Shown here one piece after another: positions 60,150 through 64,000 of a DNA stretch of 64,000 nucleotides. The notes under the pieces were generated by a model, which ran no database searches, was not told the DNA's origin, and saw nothing but the letters and a program-made list of their open reading frames with translations. The translations under genes were made by a program, and so were the position numbers. Source of the DNA: an uncultured Dehalococcoidia bacterium (lineage in GTDB: Bacteria > Chloroflexota > Dehalococcoidia > DSTF01 > JACRBR01). Location: NCBI GenBank assembly GCA_964371095.1, contig CAYJMJ010000011.1, positions 1,590-65,589 of the forward strand, written 5' to 3'. Every line of letters starts with the position of its first letter. The stretch's first letter is position 1.

Positions 60150-60489
60150 ACGCCACGCGACGGCCGGTCAGATCGTCAGTGTTACGCGGATGAAATACAG
60201 TCATCCGCGTCGCAACTCCCGCGTATGCCGCTCGGGACGACAATGCCTTCATATAGAGGTACACACCGTGTCATCCGAGCCGTCCGGACGCGGGATCGGC
60301 GCCGCACCGCCAGGGAGACGGCGACGATGCCGATGACCGGCGGGTCGATCAGGCCCCACCTTCATGACGATGATTGCTGGCGTCGAAGCCAGCTCCCGGA
60401 CAAGTCGAGAAGCGGAGGATAGCAGTTTGATTACGCCTCAATTCACCCGTGCGGCCCGAAAGGTCGCGATCTTCGCCGGCTGGCGACGC

Positions 60490-61437
60490 ATGGCCGTGTG
60501 CATCCTTGCGATGGGCGTTGTTGCGCTGGCAGTCGCTTCGACGCCGAGCGCGCGCGCCGCCTTTACGGTCACGCAGTGCGACGGTGTCGACAACCAGGGT
60601 GGCAGGGCGGTGCACTGCACCGTCGAGATCGATATCGCCACTGACACCGTCACCGTAACGTCCTGTACCGGGTTCGCAAATGCGGCCGAAACGTGTATTG
60701 GCCCGACCGTCTCGACGCAATCGGTGACGGCGATTGACCAGTGCAACGGCTCAGGTAACGGCGGCGGCGCGACCGTGACGTGCGACGTGATCATCACCGG
60801 CGCGTCGCCAGGCACCGCCTCTGTCACGATCAGCCAGTGCGTCGGCTCCGGACAGGGGGGCGGAACGCAGCCAACGACGGTTTGCATCCCCAGTTCGACA
60901 CCGAACGACACCTCGGCGACCATCCAGCAGTGCGACAGTTCCGGGAACGGCGGCGGCGGTACGGAGCGCGTCAAGTGCAGCGTGACGCCGGCTAGCACGA
61001 CGGCATCGGTGCCGACGATCAAGCAGTGCAACGGATCCGCGAATGGTGGCGGCGCGCTGGCGACCTGCACCGTCACCATCAGCAGCGCCGGCGCCGCGGC
61101 CGGCACTCCGACCGCCGGAGCCACGACGACGGCGACCGCTGGCAGCGGCTCGGTTACTCCGACCGCGGTCGCTGGCACCGCGACCGCCGGCACCGGCTCC
61201 CTTACTCCCACCGCGGTCGTCGGCACGGCGACGCCACGCGCTGGCTTGATCATCGTGCCAAACACCGGCAGTGGCGGTGCCGGCGCCAGCCACACCGGCG
61301 TCTCACTGACCCTGCTGGCTCTGGTAACGCTCGGGTTATCGGCGATCGGCAGCGCGATCGTAATCAGGCGCGGCCACACGCTCTCGCGTGCAGTCAAGCG
61401 TGTCGCCGTCATGGGCGACGACAGTCTGGATGCGTAG
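60490..61437 (+). CDS. Secreted Cys-rich repeat protein (5x QC-G-GNGGG-x-C-V units), Thr/Ala-rich linker and a sortase-like C-terminal sorting signal (VPNTG + TM + RRGH)
   Basis: Signal peptide MAVCILAMGVVALAVASTPSARA. Repeats QCDGVDNQGGRAVHCTV, QCNGSGNGGGATVTCDV, QCVGSGQGGGTQPTTVCIP, QCDSSGNGGGGTERVKCSV, QCNGSANGGGALATCTV. Confidence 0.7.
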   Translation: MAVCILAMGVVALAVASTPSARAAFTVTQCDGVDNQGGRAVHCTVEIDIATDTVTVTSCTGFANAAETCIGPTVSTQSVTAIDQCNGSGNGGGATVTCDVIITGASPGTASVTISQCVGSGQGGGTQPTTVCIPSSTPNDTSATIQQCDSSGNGGGGTERVKCSVTPASTTASVPTIKQCNGSANGGGALATCTVTISSAGAAAGTPTAGATTTATAGSGSVTPTAVAGTATAGTGSLTPTAVVGTATPRAGLIIVPNTGSGGAGASHTGVSLTLLALVTLGLSAIGSAIVIRRGHTLSRAVKRVAVMGDDSLDA

Positions 61438-61501
61438 GGGCTGTGCGCGCTGGGTGCCGCCGAATCGATGATCGGCGAACCCCGGAGAGAAAGGATTCCA
61501 C

Positions 61502-62050
61502 GTGACGTCGGAGGCGCACAATTCTCCGGGCACTCCCGTCGGCATAGATCTGCGAGATTGTTGGCCGGGGATGCCCGCCTACAGACAACGCCTCGTGCCG
61601 GTCGGCCTTGGCGCGGTTGTTAGCCTCGTTCTGATCGGTCTGTCGATCGTCGCCGGCGGCTTCGTGGCTCACACGGTGAATGCGGCGTTCTTCGGCGGCA
61701 GTCAAGGTCAGATTCGAAGCGGATCGACGGTGATCACCTCCAGCCAGCAGGGCAGCCTGAAGCTACAGAGCAGGCTCGTCGAGCAACGCCGCGAAGCCGT
61801 CGCCACGTATTCCGCGCAGTTCACGGAATTCAAAACCGCGACAGCTCGCCCACCGGGTGCGGTGGGTATCAACCTCAGTGCCCGGGAGATCAGGCGCCGA
61901 GACGATGTGCTGACCGGCCTCGTACTTCATTGCATCGATGCGGCCGACCAGTACAACCTCGCCGCGCAGACACTCTCGGCGACGCAGTTGCAGTCGGCCG
62001 GCCTGCCCGATCGCTACGTATGGGCAGTCGACTGCGCGCCGCGGCCATGA
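61502..62050 (+). CDS. Hypothetical membrane-anchored protein (N-terminal TM)
   Basis: 182 aa, high GC3, no recognised domain. Confidence 0.5.
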   Translation: MTSEAHNSPGTPVGIDLRDCWPGMPAYRQRLVPVGLGAVVSLVLIGLSIVAGGFVAHTVNAAFFGGSQGQIRSGSTVITSSQQGSLKLQSRLVEQRREAVATYSAQFTEFKTATARPPGAVGINLSAREIRRRDDVLTGLVLHCIDAADQYNLAAQTLSATQLQSAGLPDRYVWAVDCAPRP

Positions 62051-62131
62051 GGCGGACCGCGCAAACGAAGAAGCCCTGATGCCGCGCAGGACAAGCGCGG
62101 CGCACGAGAAACGTACGCAAGGAGGTGATGC

Positions 62132-62335
62132 GTGTCAGCCCGGACGATGAAGGCAAAAGGACAGGCGAAAGAGGTCAAGGGCAACGTGAAGCAGGCGGTA
62201 GGACGCGTCACCGGCAACGATCGGATGAAGGCATCCGGCCGCGCCGATGTGTCCGAGGGCAAAGGGCAGGCCGCACTTGGCGGCGCCGGCCAGAAGGTCA
62301 AGAAGATCGCGAAGAAGATCGTCGGTAAGCGTTAG
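62132..62335 (+). CDS. CsbD-family general stress protein
   Basis: KAKGQAKEVKGNVKQAVGRVTGNDRMKASGRADVSEGKGQAA, typical CsbD repeats. AAGGAGGTG SD before GTG 62132 (ATG at 62147 is an alternative). Confidence 0.75.
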   Translation: MSARTMKAKGQAKEVKGNVKQAVGRVTGNDRMKASGRADVSEGKGQAALGGAGQKVKKIAKKIVGKR

Positions 62336-62365
62336 AGCGCGGCCCATAGCAATCGGGGGAAATTC

Positions 62366-62635
62366 ATGGGAATTCTGGCTTGGATTGTCGTAGGGCTCAT
62401 CGCGGGCGTGGTGGCGAAGGCCATCATGCCGGGCGGTGGACCTGGTGGCATCATACTGACCATCCTGCTCGGAATTGCGGGCGCGTTCGTCGGCGGCTTC
62501 CTCGCGTCCTTGCTCGGAGTCGGCGAAGGCATCGCCAGGTTCGATCTGCGCACGATCCTCGTCGCAATCGGCGGCGCGATCGTGCTGCTGTTCGCCTACC
62601 AGGCGTTGACGAAGGCCTCCGGCAAACATGCGTGA
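62366..62635 (+). CDS. GlsB/YeaQ/YmgE-family stress-response membrane protein
   Basis: 89 aa. MGILAWIVVGLIAGVVAKAIMPGGGPGG... family signature. Confidence 0.8.
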   Translation: MGILAWIVVGLIAGVVAKAIMPGGGPGGIILTILLGIAGAFVGGFLASLLGVGEGIARFDLRTILVAIGGAIVLLFAYQALTKASGKHA

Positions 62636-62804
62636 CGGCCGTGGAGCGGGAGATGCGCGGCTGCACAATTAGCGGCGCAGTCCCCCGCCAATGTCAGGAT
62701 CAGATTCACCGCGGCAACGCACCTGTGTATCGGCGCGAGCGCGCCCATTCAGACATCGTGACCCGAGCGTCCCTTAGCGGGTCAACGACCAGAGGAGAAG
62801 AGCG

Positions 62805-62888
62805 ATGAGCAACAACATAATCCTGGTAGCCGTAGTGGTGTTTGTCGTTCTTGTAGTCCTGGGCGTGGTGACTGTCAACGTGCGATGA
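62805..62888 (+). CDS. Tiny hydrophobic peptide (27 aa, MSNNIILVAVVVFVVLVVLGVVTVNVR)
   Basis: GGAGAAGAG SD before ATG. Lower-GC codons. Below the ORF-track threshold. Confidence 0.25.
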   Translation: MSNNIILVAVVVFVVLVVLGVVTVNVR

Positions 62889-62924
62889 GCCGATCGGTGC
62901 CGAGAATCTCCCTGTCGACACACT

Positions 62925-63450
62925 GGCCCCGACCGCGAACCCTGATCCAGCCTGATTGCAGCTCTCCTGCTAGGCCCGGCGCCCGCCGGCGGAGCGCCGA
63001 GGTGCTGAACATGACCGCCGGCGACCTCACGCAGGAGGATGGCGTGGTCTGGTACCGCTATCGGGGTATGGGAAACGAGCAGGGCTAGCGGGAGCCGAAA
63101 CCGGCCTACGTGGCGCTCACTGCGGCGCTGTCGGCATTCGGGCGGGACATCGCGGCCATGTCCCCGGATGCCTCGTTGTGGCCGTCCAGCGGGGCGACCG
63201 AGGAGTGACGTCGGGCACGTTCTACGGCAACCTGCGCCGCTACCTGAAAGCAGCCGGGTTGCCGCCCGCCGGCGTACACATCTTCCGGCATTCCGCAGCC
63301 AAACTCCGCCGGGACGCGGGACAGTCGATCGAGAACGTCTCTCGGTTTCTCGATCACTCGTCGCTGCGGGTGACGTCGATCTACCTCAGGCGGCTGGAGG
63401 GCGAAGCCGACGCAAGCTGGGGGAAGGTCGCCGCGGCGATCGGGGTGTGA
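62925..63450 (+). pseudogene. 5'-truncated, frameshifted tyrosine recombinase (phage-integrase family) remnant
   Basis: Box I-like RRSAEVLNMTAGDLTQEDGVVWYRYRGMGNEQG* (62885..63088) then, in other frames, ...LTAALSAFGRD... and the catalytic C-terminus HIFRHSAAKLRRDAGQSIENVSRFLDHSSLRVTSIYL (63178..63450). Confidence 0.6.
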
Positions 63451-63544
63451 TCGGTGCCGGCTTGACGAGAGTGACACTCAGCCGTCGTCGGAATGCGCGA
63501 TAGGGCGTAGAATCGGTCTCTCTCTACATCGGAGAGGAGACGAA

Positions 63545-64000
63545 ATGGGTCACATCCGCCTCGGCAGACTTCCGAAGACGCTCGCATGGCGCGACGTCAT
63601 TGGCCTGCTCGACACCGAGCCTGATGATGCTGCATCGATAGCATCCGCAACCGTTCGCGCCGCGGATTCCCGTCTCCGCAAACTGGCGAGCGACCCGAGC
63701 CTCGCCTTTTCCGTCTGGCTGCTGGTCAGGGCCATGACGGCGGCGCGGAGGACAACTTCCATGCCGAACTGAACCGGCTTGGCATCCCCGTCTCCGGTGA
63801 GACCTCGTCGCTGGGCCTTGTCGCGCAGATCGGCGACCGCGCGCGAGATGAACTGGCGCAGTTTGGCACCTCCGGTCACGCTCGGGAGATCGCCGTTCAG
63901 TCGCTACGCCAGACGTTGCACGAGACGGTCCTCCGGGTGGGGGCGGACATGTTCATGGCCTCGTCAGAGGACGCTCGGCGGGCGCTGCGTTCTTACTCCA
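63545..64000 (+). CDS. Hypothetical protein, partial (runs off window end) with an apparent -1 frame switch near 63700-63770
   Basis: GGAGAGGAG SD before ATG 63545. Frame 2 ends ...SMPN* at 63772, while frame 1 carries high-GC3 coding ...EDNFHAELNRLGIPVSGETSSLGLVAQIGDRARDELAQFG... to the window edge. Confidence 0.4.

Overview
High-GC (~68%) bacterial chromosomal segment, almost fully coding, with the high GC3 codon bias and GGAGG-type ribosome-binding sites typical of Actinobacteria or Chloroflexi/Thermomicrobia-like genomes. The lineage cannot be assigned from sequence alone. The left half (1-33 kb) looks core-like. It holds a duplicated lipid-type cluster of tandem SDR dehydrogenases plus two HadAB-like (MaoC_N + MaoC) hydratase pairs, an H+-pyrophosphatase, an acyl-CoA ligase, a principal-type sigma-70 factor, an orphan CcrM-like DNA methyltransferase, and a contiguous SOS-mutagenesis supercluster (imuB, a split ImuB C-terminal ORF, dnaE2, GNAT, dinB) preceded by a LexA-like box. 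It also holds an ABC-F ATPase, a P-type ATPase, a Ugp/Mal-like ABC importer with a HAD hydrolase and a GH65 phosphorylase, a universal stress protein and an ABC-2 exporter. The right half (33-64 kb) is accessory-like. It holds a dockerin/TSP3 secreted protein, an SGNH hydrolase, an HhH-GPD glycosylase, archease (apparent +1 frameshift) with rtcB, and a decayed mobile-element remnant (CHC2-TOPRIM primase interrupted by an in-frame TGA, a DUF2924-like zinc-finger protein, hypotheticals). It also holds a c-di-GMP module: an HD-GYP phosphodiesterase divergent from a GEMM c-di-GMP-I riboswitch that precedes a secreted S8 protease with a SISWG tandem-repeat tail and a standalone paralog of the HD-GYP membrane sensor domain. 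This is followed by a ~16-kb island-like stretch bracketed by two homologous integrase-derived fragments (cupin, DUF2207, large lipoprotein, ECF sigma, Crp/Fnr, APH-family kinase, histidine phosphatase, a Cys-repeat protein with a VPNTG sorting signal, CsbD, GlsB, integrase pseudogene). Inside the island a ~150-nt conserved structured intergenic element occurs twice. No rRNA, tRNA or CRISPR arrays were recognised. Coordinates of non-ORF features may be off by +/-1-2 nt.
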